A DNA stretch of 63,622 nucleotides, counting the filler, from Chrysochromulina tobinii (lineage: Eukaryota), in NCBI GenBank assembly GCA_001275005.1. It is 7 parts of 7 records of this genome, joined end to end, with 100 filler letters (N's around TTAATTAATTAA, not from the genome) between each part and the next. Parts side by side here need not be neighbours in the genome. Positions count along the whole stretch, not along the records: positions 1 to 18,444 come from JWZX01000858.1; positions 18,545 to 36,937 come from JWZX01000859.1; 5 more parts are not named here. One strand, written 5' to 3'. Below the pieces are notes generated by a model. It did not search any database, was not told where the DNA came from, and worked only from the letters and a program-made list of their open reading frames with translations. The translations under genes and the position numbers were made by a program. How positions within the stretch are numbered: position 1 is the first letter of the stretch; the number at the start of each line of letters is the position of its first letter. Positions 9,795-20,113 of the stretch are shown piece by piece.

Positions 9795-11324
9795 ATGCCG
9801 CTGCCTAAGCTCATCGAAGTCGTGCCCTTCTCTGCGGAGCAGCTCGCCCAGTTCAAGGCGACCAAGGCTGAGATTGTCATCCCCGGCTCGAAGAGCATCA
9901 CCAACCGCGCCCTCGTGCTCGCAGCCCAGGCGACGGGAATGGTGACGCTCAAAGGCGCACTGTGGAGCGAGGACACGGAGGCGATGACGGATTGCATGCA
10001 CCGGCTGGGCGTCGAAGTGGATGTGGCGGCCGACCCGGAGGTCGCCGCCAATCGCATACTCACTGTCAAGGGCTGCGGAGGCAAGCTCCCCAAGGGAGGC
10101 ACCGAGGCGGAGCCGCTCGAGCTGTTCGTGGCCAATGCCGGCACGGCGGCGCGCTTCCTGACGGCGATGGTGTGCCTGGGCGACGGCGTGTACCGGCTGA
10201 GCGGCGTGCCGCGCATGCACGAGCGGCCGCAAAAGGAGCTCATCCGCGCACTGCGGGCCCTCGGTTATCGCATCGACACGCCGAACGACATGCTGCCGGC
10301 GGTCGTGTACGGTGGCGGGCCAAAGCCCGGCCGGGTGGAGGTGAGCGTGGAGGACAGCTCGCAGTTTGCAAGCGCGCTGCTGCTCTCGAGCCGAGTGGGC
10401 GGCTGGCAGGTCGCGCTCTCCGAGGGCGCGGATCCGGACGAGCTGCCCTACGTCGAGATGACGCGTCAGATGACGGCCACGTTTCCCCACAGCGGCGGCA
10501 CCTTCCAAATCGAGCCGGACGCGTCGAGCGCGAGCTACTTCCACGCGGCGAACGCGCTCTTCCCGGACGTGGCGCCCGTGCGCGTCATGGCCTGCCAGCC
10601 GCCCAAGGCCGACGGGGGCACCGGCTGGCAGATCGACGCTGAGTACCCTCGCCTCTCGCCCGTCGCGGCGGTGCCGAACCCGTCCAGCACGGCGCTATCG
10701 GGCGAGAAGTATCTGGAGGCGCACGGTGTGAAGGAGGCGGTGGCCGAGGCGGTGGCCGAAGTGCTCCGCACTCGCCCGGCCGACCCATTGGGCGCCATCA
10801 GCGGCCTGCTCGGTGCGCGGGAGGAGTCGGCGGCCAAACGGCGCAAGGTGACCGTCTCGCGCAAGACCGATCTTGGGGATGCCATCATGACGGCGATCAC
10901 GATCGCGCCGCTCGCGCCCGTGCCGTTCAGCTTCACCGACCTGGGCGTGCTGCGCAAGCAAGAATGCGAGCGCGTGAGAGCGCTGCACGATGAGCTCACC
11001 AAATGCGGCGCGCGCGTGCTCGAGTCTGGACAGACGCTGGACATCACGCCCTCGGAAGCTGGCTCACTTGGCCGGGCCACGATCAAGACGTACCACGACC
11101 ATCGCATGGCCATGTGCTTCGCGACGCTCGGTCTCGCCGTCCCCGGGCTCAAAATTGAGGACCCGAGCTGCGTACGCAAGACAGTCCCATCCTTCTTCCA
11201 GCTGCTCGGCGCGGCGCCTCCCGGCGGCCTGGGTGTCCATATTTGGGAGTGCGATCCGGTGAGCGGCGCGCGCGTGCGCCGCCTGACCGAGCCTGAGGAC
11301 CTGTTCGCGGCGGCGGGGAAGTGA
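9795..11324 (+). CDS. aroA: 3-phosphoshikimate 1-carboxyvinyltransferase (EPSP synthase)
   Basis: PGSKSITNRAL, NAGTAARFL, RMHERP, SSQFASALL, IEPDASSASYF, DHRMAM, CVRKT. Confidence 0.95.
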   Translation: MPLPKLIEVVPFSAEQLAQFKATKAEIVIPGSKSITNRALVLAAQATGMVTLKGALWSEDTEAMTDCMHRLGVEVDVAADPEVAANRILTVKGCGGKLPKGGTEAEPLELFVANAGTAARFLTAMVCLGDGVYRLSGVPRMHERPQKELIRALRALGYRIDTPNDMLPAVVYGGGPKPGRVEVSVEDSSQFASALLLSSRVGGWQVALSEGADPDELPYVEMTRQMTATFPHSGGTFQIEPDASSASYFHAANALFPDVAPVRVMACQPPKADGGTGWQIDAEYPRLSPVAAVPNPSSTALSGEKYLEAHGVKEAVAEAVAEVLRTRPADPLGAISGLLGAREESAAKRRKVTVSRKTDLGDAIMTAITIAPLAPVPFSFTDLGVLRKQECERVRALHDELTKCGARVLESGQTLDITPSEAGSLGRATIKTYHDHRMAMCFATLGLAVPGLKIEDPSCVRKTVPSFFQLLGAAPPGGLGVHIWECDPVSGARVRRLTEPEDLFAAAGK

Positions 11325-12197
11325 GGGAAGAGTAGAGAGCGACGCAGGCGTGGGGCCGCGGTCTCTCGAGGCCGCCAAGGCCGGGTTTCGTCAGGTGGGC
11401 GCATTTGCCATTTCTGCATCGCATTCACATCTTTCTTCATGTCCGGCCTTGGCCACATGTGGATCCGACGCCGTCCAGCATGAACCGTCCCGCCTCGTGC
11501 GAGGTCGTTGCATACATCACGTTGCGTTGGCCCGTCGTTACCTACTTAGAGGGCTACTTTTGCTCGCTCAATACGAACGGAATACGATATTTATTGAATT
11601 ATTTATTGCGTAATGCGAATTTCCCGCGCGCCCACATACGCACCTCCGATCTCCGGGGCGCGGCACCGCACCGCGCCATCCCCGAGGCCCGAGACGGTAG
11701 AACTTCGGCTTCGGCGACACCGCGGTCGAACACCGCGGGCGGGCGGGGGCAACCGCGCCGGGCGGGAGGTTTACACCGCCACCGCGCGCGCAGTAGTTAT
11801 GGCGACAGCCCCGGATCGCTCGCTCCACACGCTCGCTCCGTCTCTACTTCTCTCGGGTCGCTCGAGTCCCGCCGGGTACGCATACTCGCATAGTCGCATA
11901 CCGTAACTCACTAACCACAACCCCAATGCATGCTACACACATCTGATCTGTTCAACTGATACCATCGCAAGGATCGTAGGTACTACGCAGTAGTCGTGCT
12001 GTTCTGGTGCTGCACAGCAGGACAGGCACATCTCTGACCGATCAGCGCAGCACGGCACGCGCCGGCTACGCTATGCATCTCTCGCTTCCTCATCATGCAG
12101 ATCTCTCGCCATACGCCGGGCATGCATTGCCCAGTACGCCGGGCGCGTTCTCGCTCACGCCTGATTGCCTACGTCGTCGGCCACGTCCTCAGCCACG

Positions 12198-12977
12198 TCA
12201 ACCCTCCACCCCTATTGAGATGGAGTTCACGACCACCTTCAGAGGGCTCGCCTCGCCGCCAGGTGTGAATAGCTCGCCAGGTGTGAATAGCTCGCCGCCA
12301 GCGACGGAGTCGGGACCGTCAGCATCGTCGTCGCAGCCCGCGCCCTCGGTCTCTGCGAGGGACTCTGCGAGCGAGCGCTTCGCACGCTTGCTCTTGCGCG
12401 CACTCTCGCCGCTCACCCGACGCATGAGGCAGCCGTTCCACCGGTTTTTGATCGAATTGTCCGGCCTGCCCGGCAGGAGCTTGGTGATCTCGACCCAGGG
12501 CGTCGGCGGCTGCTTGACGCGCTCCGTGATGATGATCGCGTCCTCGTGCTCGGTCCATGCCTCGCGGATGATCGACGGGTCGATCTGGTTGCACCAGCGC
12601 AGCCTGCACTGCTTGCCCGATCGTGAGCCTACGAGCAGTGCGATCGCCGACCACTTCTTTGGCCCATGCTCCAAGACCGCAGAACGCAGCGTCGCGTCCT
12701 CCTCGGCCGTCCACGGAAGGCTAGTCTTGCGCGTCTGCTGTGCCTTGTCCAGCACCGACTCGTCGATCTTCACGTCAGGAGGCCGGCCTCCTCGAGCCGC
12801 GTCCCGCGAGCTCGAGCTGCCCATGCAGTCACGCTGAGCGGAGCGCGACTCGTCGGCGGCATCGGCCGGCGCGTCGCACCATGTGTAGTAGCGCGTGCTC
12901 TCGTCCTCGGCGAAGCCACCGTCGTCGTCTCCGTCGTAGTCCGACCAGTCCGATATGTCGCCAGCCGCTCCACCCAT
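12198..12977 (-). CDS. R2R3-type Myb transcription factor
   Basis: WTAEED...W..IA...RSGKQCRLRWCNQIDP...WTEHED...W......LPGRPDNSIKNRWN. Confidence 0.93.
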   Translation of the reverse strand: MGGAAGDISDWSDYDGDDDGGFAEDESTRYYTWCDAPADAADESRSAQRDCMGSSSSRDAARGGRPPDVKIDESVLDKAQQTRKTSLPWTAEEDATLRSAVLEHGPKKWSAIALLVGSRSGKQCRLRWCNQIDPSIIREAWTEHEDAIIITERVKQPPTPWVEITKLLPGRPDNSIKNRWNGCLMRRVSGESARKSKRAKRSLAESLAETEGAGCDDDADGPDSVAGGELFTPGELFTPGGEASPLKVVVNSISIGVEG

Positions 12978-13408
12978 TGAATGATAGAGGGAGAAGGGAA
13001 GGATTTTTTTTCTGGAGCAATTGCGTCGCGCCGCGAATCGCGCGAGCGCGACGCGTTCGCGCGCTTTGCCGAAGTCAAGTCAAGTCAAGTCAAGTCAAGC
13101 CGAAAAGGGAAACTCACAGGGATCATTAAAACTCAACGCCTGTCGGTGCACAAATATTTCTCGTGACACTGCTCAACCGCCAAACTGCTCCGACGAGGAG
13201 TTGAAGAGCTGTGAGTTGTCTTTCGCACAGGTGGAGTGTGACACAGCTGCGTGGCGAGAGGCGTTTTGGTTATCTCGCGCACTCGCCTTTTGGACGTTTG
13301 AGTTCGGACACGAAGGGTCGTGCAGCCATTCCAAATTGGTCAAGTTTGACGACTCTTTTTTTCGTCGCGATTGGGGCGAGTAGACCCTCGCGGGGGCCAG
13401 CACTGGGC

Positions 13409-15517
13409 ATGGCGTCCGAGGATGGATTCGACCCGCTCGCATGGTCCAAGAGGTGCATCGGACGATGCTTACACAGCCAGATGCTCAGCGTCATTGCCCG
13501 GCTCAGCCCCGATGCCCGCGCGCAGAGCCGAGCGCTCCGGCAGTGGCAGGGCGTCCTCGCTGCCCGAAAGGAGGCCAAGGCTAGGATGGATCGCGCGTAT
13601 GCCAAGATGTCGCCCGAGGGCCGCGCCAAGGGCAAGTGTCTGAACGTCTGGCGCGATGAAGTGCGCGAGCGGAAGCGGCGAATGAATGCCATCAAGACCG
13701 CGCTCGCACGCATGACGCCCGAGGGCCGCGCCAAGTACGCCGGCATGTGCGCGTTCCGCGGGCGAGCGCCCACGTGGACGCTGCCGACCAAGAGCCAGAT
13801 CGCGGCGATGAGCGTGCCTCCGTCGGTGGCGGGCACCAAGGACGGCTTCTGGCTCGTGCACACCGCGCACCGCGCGCGCACGAGTACGCTTGGCATGCCG
13901 TTCATCCAGCGGGGCATCTACCGGTTCGGCTTCAAGATCGTCGGCAGCGCTGTCGGGCTGGTCGTGGGCGTGGCGGACGCCACCGATCGGTATCCAACGA
14001 GTCCGTTGGAGCCGCTCGCATGGGGGCTGCACCTCTCGCACGGCTGCCTCTACACAAAGCGCGCCGGCTCCGAGAAGGGCCTCCTGTCCACCAAGCAACT
14101 CACGAACCAAGTGAGCACGAAGACCGCTAAGGAGCTGAATCCGGTCGCGGAGGAGGAGGAGGAGGGCGTGCCGAGCGACGGCCCGAAGGTGATGGAGGTG
14201 GAGGTGGAGGTGGACATGGACCGGCGGCGCATCGCCTTTGGACTGAGCGGCGGCCCGATGGTGCGGGCGCCAGTGAAGCTATCTGGCTGCGTGCGTCCTT
14301 GGTGCTTCATGTGGGAGGAAGGTGATGCTGTGATGCTGGACGCGCGCCCCGTGCAGGGACGCTCATCAATGATCGCGACGCGCTCGTGGATTCAGCCCGA
14401 CTCGGCGACCAAGGTGGCGCCCGTGCCGCTCCGCGCGAGCGCGCCGGTGATGCGGGAGGACCTACCGCCCGCTGCCGCGAAGAAGATCGCCTCGCACGCC
14501 GTCACGGGCGACTACCTGCCAGCGTACACGTACGGAGTCTTGTCCGGGCCCATCGGCACGAGGCTACTGGAGCCGCCCGGCACAGCGCCCGGCACTCTGC
14601 CGGCGTGGGACCCCACAGCGTCGGTCGCCTCGAGCGTCAAGAGCTCGTCCCTCCACCCATCCTGGCCTCTGGCCTCGCCAGGCTCCGCCATCCGCGCGGT
14701 CGCCCTCTCGGCCCGTCATGCGATTGGGTACTCGCCAGACGGGCGTCGAATCCAGGTGCCGTTGATTGCCATTGATTGCCACGGATTGCCATTGATTGCC
14801 ATTGATTTCCCACTGATTACACCCTGATTTCCAACTGATTACCTACTGATTGTCACTGATTGTCACTGTCGTATCCAGGTGATTGCCACTGATTGTCACT
14901 GATTGCCACTGATTGTCGCTGATTGTCACTGATTGTCACTGTCGTATCCAGGGCACGCCCACTGATTACCCACTGATTGTCACTGATTGTCACTGATTGT
15001 CGCTGGTTGTCATATCCAGGGCACGCCCCAGAAGATCATCGAGGCGGCCTCCGCTATGGATGGCGCCGTCGTGGCCAACTTGGCCCCGCCCCCCGAGGAC
15101 ACCCCTCAGCAGCGCCGGAAGCCGCCCGCGTCGTCGAGCGCCGTGTCGAGCGCCATCGTGTACGCCGTCTCCTCCCCAAAGTCCACCGCGAGCTCCGCCA
15201 TCAAGTTCGCTCTCTTATCGAAGGCGACTGGAGCCAAGCCCACCGTCATCCGGGGCGGCCTCACGCCCGCCAAGTCGGCGCAGCTGCGCCTGGCCGAGGC
15301 GGCGCGCGAGAAGACCGCGCGCGCGATGGGCCTCAACCTCTCCAGCCTCGTCGCGCTGAGCAACGGCTCGACTGGAACGCTCGCGCTGCCGCCCACGACG
15401 CCAGGGCGCAACTCGCCGCGCTCCCCTCGCGGCGCGGTGTCCGGCTCAGGCACCCACATGTGGGACGTCGTGCGCTACGTGAGCGGCGTGTACAGCGACA
15501 CCTTCCGCCAGATCTGA
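13409..15517 (+). CDS. SPRY/B30.2-like domain protein; two exons (13409-14755, 15020-15517)
   Basis: Beta-rich segment YRFGFKI...LVVGVAD...AWGL...VEVEVDMDRRRIAF; phase-0 GT-AG intron joins RIQ to GTPQKII in frame. Confidence 0.6.
14756..15019 (+). other. spliceosomal intron made of ~10-bp GATTGYCAYT tandem repeats
   Basis: CAG|GT donor and CAG acceptor; frame restored on removal; many GATTGCCACT/GATTGTCACT units. Confidence 0.75.
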
Positions 15518-16611
15518 GGGAGATTGCGGACCCAGATTGCGGGGACCAGACCGCGGCCACACAAAGCCCCGCTCACGGCCGCGCGCGTGCAGACCCTCCT
15601 TCGATGTATTCGGTGCGGCGCCTGGTCAAAGCCCGCTCGACTCAGTGAGAGGCTGAGAGCTGCGCGGCGCGCCGCAGCCCGCACTCGGCACTCGCCGTCA
15701 GCGCGCCGTCCAGTTGTGTGACCATGCACCCCGACCATTAATGACCATTAATGACCATTAATAACAATGCACCCCGACCATGCACCCCGCGCCGCCCGGT
15801 CTCCGATTAGCGACAGAGACGGGTGCTACTGCCCGGAGGAGTCGTGTGACGTTTTTGCCTTAGTTTTGAAAAGCGGCTTTTTCGCGCTCAGTCTCCAGCC
15901 CACGCTCCATGCCACGCTCACCTCTACAGGGACTTCTACACGACCGGACCGTCACAAGCTCGTACGATAGATCGATAGTTACCGCGGCGCAGGAGTCCGA
16001 TGCCCGTCCGTACTTGTCATCGTACTCGTGCGACCACCTGTGTTGTGTGTATACGAATGTAATAAACGCTCTCGGTTACAAAGACGCCTACACCGCATGC
16101 CACCCCCTTCTGCCTACTAAGAGACGTCCACAGGCATGCGCCTTCGAAGAGGCTCCCCCTAACCCTGCGAGAGGCCCAGCCATCCTACAGCCACCCCTAC
16201 AGCCATCCCTACAACACCCAGAGCCCCGACGGCCACCCCCTAGGCCGCTCAGCGTGAATTGCCCCACCCTTTCCCATCTCCGAGAGCACACCGCCTGCGG
16301 ACGCGTGGCGCGCGCCGCCCGCAAGGGTCGGCAATCCTATTCACACCCAGAGCCCAGGGTCGGCACTCCTATTCACACCCGGAGCCCAGGGGCGTCTCCT
16401 ATCGTCCCTGCCTCACAGCACGGACAGCAGAACGCCGTCCGGTGGCACGAGCTGTACCCCGAGAACTTGAGCTGTGCCCCGGTAACATGCGGCCGTTCCC
16501 CACGTAAAGTACGACGTGGTGCGCAGACAACTCGGCTGTAATCGTGCCAAGCGCTGCGCCTGACGTGGCCCCAGTTGTCATTGGTGACCACATAACACTC
16601 GTGCCCGAGTC

Positions 16612-18444
16612 CTAGTTGCTGTTTGGCGCGGGACGTTGACCAGTGTGCGCTACTGTGTACGACAAGTTCATGACACCTGGCATGTCAAAGAACTTGTCCA
16701 AGCTCTCTGCGAATCCGCATTTCGTCCAGACGAATGCACCCTGTCCAAACCGTTTCACATACTTTTGAGCTTGCAACTTGATGTCGCTCTGCGAGTCGAA
16801 GGACACATCGGGAATGCAGAGCGAGTTCTTCACTTCGATCCAACGAATGACTTGGCCATGAATCACAAGTGGTGGATCAAACAGGAAGTCTGGAGTTAAC
16901 TCTGGAGTTGCCCCGTTGCCTTCGGGATGCTCCACGCACTTGGGAATGTCCTTTTCCGTGATGTAATCCGTAGCGCCAGAGTAATACTCGTAGGTCACGG
17001 TCGACACGGTCGAGTCAGCAGCACCCAGGTCGCCTGGGGACGTTTGGGTGACGGGGACGATGCGCCACGGCGAAGACGGCGACGAGGCGACGAGGCCAGA
17101 CTCCTGTGCACAGGCGACAGCAGAGAAACCATGAGTATGGCACATCGATGGGGGGCGAATTTGGGATGTGTTCAATGCCGGTGTTGCACCTGTAGCAGTC
17201 GCTCTACACCGACTTCGCCTTCGTTGCCTCGACGATCCATATTCCCATTGCTCACGGGATCAGCTGCGAACCTTTTGGATTTGGCCTTGTAGCCGGTGAC
17301 TCTGTCTTTGCCCGCAATGGAGACTGCAGCATCGGCAATGCGGGCCTCCGGCGAGTCTCTTTCGACAGACGAAGATGAGTCGGGATCTCGGGAGCGATCC
17401 ACAGCTGCTTTGAATTCCTGTGTTCCTGCAAGAAACTGGCCGAGGTAGGTTGTCGTGCAATTCACTTCCGTTGCTAGCTTAGTCAGCGCCCACGCAAGTA
17501 GCTCAGTTGGCGTCCGGGCTCGCGTCCGGCGTATTTGATGAGTAGCTCCATGTTTGATGTGTAGCTCGGCAAATACGCGGGCGAGCCGTTCACATGTGAC
17601 GATGTATGTGACGATGCGACTGAGCAACTCTTGCTTCCTGGCAAGCTGCTCCCTCTCATTGCCCGCGTACAGCTTTTCCTTATTCGTCCATGCTGTGCCT
17701 TTCTGAGCCTCGCGTAAGAGGAAAGTGGCGGTGGCGTCCTTGTCCACCTCGAGTTCGTGGGAGAGCTCACGGTGAAGGTCAGGAAGCCACTCTTTGATGT
17801 TCCATTCATTGAAATGCACGGAAATCTGATCCTTCTCGATGTACTCCTTGAGCAATTCCTCGACTCGCTCCGAAATCGTCGGCTTCGTTGAGAGATGGCG
17901 TTCGAGGTGCATCTCAGCAATGCGCCGCTTCGACGGCAGCGCTGGCTCTGCCGGGGCGCGTTCAACCTCCTCTTGGTGCATGCCACCGAGCAACGCGAAC
18001 AGCGCATGCACTGTGCCGCCGTTGGCCAAGCCCGCCGCGCGTAACGTCGCCGTACACTCGAGCGATGGGCCCTTGCACAGCTGCAGACGGAGCGAGGCAG
18101 CGGGCAGGCTCGTCTTCTGCGCGAACGCCTCCGCCACCTCTTTCACCGTCGTCTCGCCGCCTGCCACCGGCACCAGCGTCGACTTTCCTGACGTCGGATG
18201 CATGACGAAGACTTGCCAGCCCCCGCCCGTGCGTGCGGCGCTCGGTGCGTCCGATGCCTCCCACTTCGGGCTGGGCTGGTGTGCCTCGACCACAGCATGA
18301 CGCGCCTCGAGCGCCGCGCGCTTGCGCACCGACTCGTCGATGGCGGCCTCGAGCAGCTTGTCCTCGGCGTCGGCAGCAGCACGCTCGGCAGCACGCCGCG
18401 CGCCGCGCTTCGCCTTCTTCGAGGGTTGCGTCGCCGGCGGCTTG
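16612..18444 (-). CDS. UIM-like + ubiquitin-like domain + CDIN1/C15orf41-like (TPD) PD-(D/E)XK nuclease; 5'-truncated; intron 17104-17189
   Basis: VFVMHPTSGKST...LRL...L...GL.NGGTVHAL..LLGG (UBL); TPDFLFDPPLVIHGQVIRWIEVK...KYVKRFGQGAFVW..GF (TPD family); an 86-nt GT-AG intron joins the two ORFs in frame. Confidence 0.75.
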
Positions 18445-18544
18445 NNNNNNNNNNNNNNNNNNNNNNNNNNNNNNNNNNNNNNNNNNNNTTAATTAATTAA
18501 NNNNNNNNNNNNNNNNNNNNNNNNNNNNNNNNNNNNNNNNNNNN
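18445..18544. other. artificial contig spacer
   Basis: 100 nt: N-run, TTAATTAATTAA (stops in six frames), N-run. Confidence 0.99.
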
Positions 18545-19883
18545 TGACGGGGAATGGCGGCGTTGGTGGTGGTGGGGTGGGGGCCGGTGGGGTGGGTGCC
18601 ATTGGAGATGGCGACGGTGGGCAAGGCGATGGTGGGGTGGGCGGCGGAGGCGACAGGAGCGGTGGCGCGTGTGGCAGAGGCGAGGGCGGCGGCCCAATAG
18701 GCGGCGCTGGAGAAGGACCCGGCGACGGTGGCGGAGGCGAGGGCGAGGGTGGTGGCGTCGAGGGCGAGGGTGGTGGCGTCAGGGGTGGCGGTGACGAAGG
18801 TGGTGGCGGCGGCCGCTGTGGCTTATTCGATGGGAGTCCTGGCGGATACAGCGGCGGTGGCTGATGCATTGGTGCTGGGGGAGACGGCAATGATGGCGAC
18901 AGCGGCGGATGGCTCGGCGCAGGGGGAGAGGGCGATGGGATCAGCGGCGGGAGCGTAACGACCCACAAGAGCTCCGCGTACAGCGTCACCACGAGCAGCC
19001 CGATGAAAGCGAACGCAACACAGCACCAACTCCACATCCATGCGGGTGCGGCCTTTGTCGTCGTGGTCGTCGTCGGCGTCGCAGACGGCGCGTGCGCTCG
19101 CAGCTCTGGAGGGGTTCGCAGCGGCGTCCGGGCCAGGGAATCGTCATTGGAAGAGCTGGCCCAAGCAGGCTCTGCTAAGAGTGGTGGCCCTGCTAAGAGT
19201 GGTGGCTCTGCTAAGAGTGGTGGCTCTGCTAAGAGTGGTGGGTTTTGGCCGTCGGAATGTCCCCATCCGATTTCGCGGCGGCCAACCTGCAGCGGCAGCG
19301 CGTACGCTCCTCCGCCCCCTTCAGCGGCCGCGTGCGAGCCGTTGCAAGAGCTCTCCTCATCCTCCAGGAGCTTGTAGCGCGGCAGCTGTTCAAGGTTCCG
19401 GGCAAGATCATTCTTGAGCAGATTGGTGGCGAGATTGTTGATCAGTCTGATCGCAGCAGCTTTCTGCTTCACGGCTGTGGCCGCCCGCTGGGCCAAGGAA
19501 GCTTGCAGGAGGGCGTTGGCCTCGACCCGGCTCCGCGTCATACTCGGCGGCGTGTGAGCCGGGGTGGGCGCCGGAGTACGCGTAGGCATTGCGATCGTAA
19601 CTCCAACTTTCCTTTTGAGGACCATGGGAAGCGGCGGGGCGCGGTCCGGGGTATTCGCCGGGGTTGGCCCGATCGGTATTCTGGCAGTCACTCTGAGAAG
19701 CGGCGGCGGCGGCGGTGGCGGCTGCCGGGTCGCCGAGGCATCGAGCGGCCTGACAGGCTGCGGCCTGTCCAGAGACCGGCTCGCTTTGCGTGCGGCCAAC
19801 GAGAGAAGTAACTCGTGCGGGGACGGGAAAGGTTGGGTGCCAGATGCGCTGCTGGTGGCCGTGGAGGCTGGCGACGGCCGCAT
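18545..19883 (-). CDS. single-pass membrane protein with proline-rich (SPPP) region, 3'-truncated
   Basis: Hydrophobic WCCVAFAFIGLLVVTLYAELLWVV followed by PPPSP repeats up to the contig end. Confidence 0.6.
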
Positions 19884-20113
19884 TCAGCCAAAGAGCTGCT
19901 GCCCGCGGCCGACTCGTGAACACACGCACTGGTCGCACCCGTCACAGGAAATCACGCAACCCGCCGACTTTCTTTGTTTGCATGCAAATTGTTTAGTTGC
20001 ACGCGTGAGTCCTGTCAATTAGAGCCTCTCTAATATGTCGTATAACAGCATCGAGAAATACATCACTTCTCACTAACATCCCACGCCCCCGCGCTCCCAA
20101 GAGATTGAAACGA

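Noticed and set aside
15720..16400. Local short duplications (GACCATTAAT x3, ATTCACACCC.GAGCCCAGG x2) and ORF 15909-16541
   Set aside because: Ordinary slippage repeats in intergenic DNA; the ORF has no recognisable features
18445..18544. TTAATTAATTAA palindrome recurring six times
   Set aside because: Synthetic linker inside N-runs; ORFs ending in XXX-LIN are artefacts
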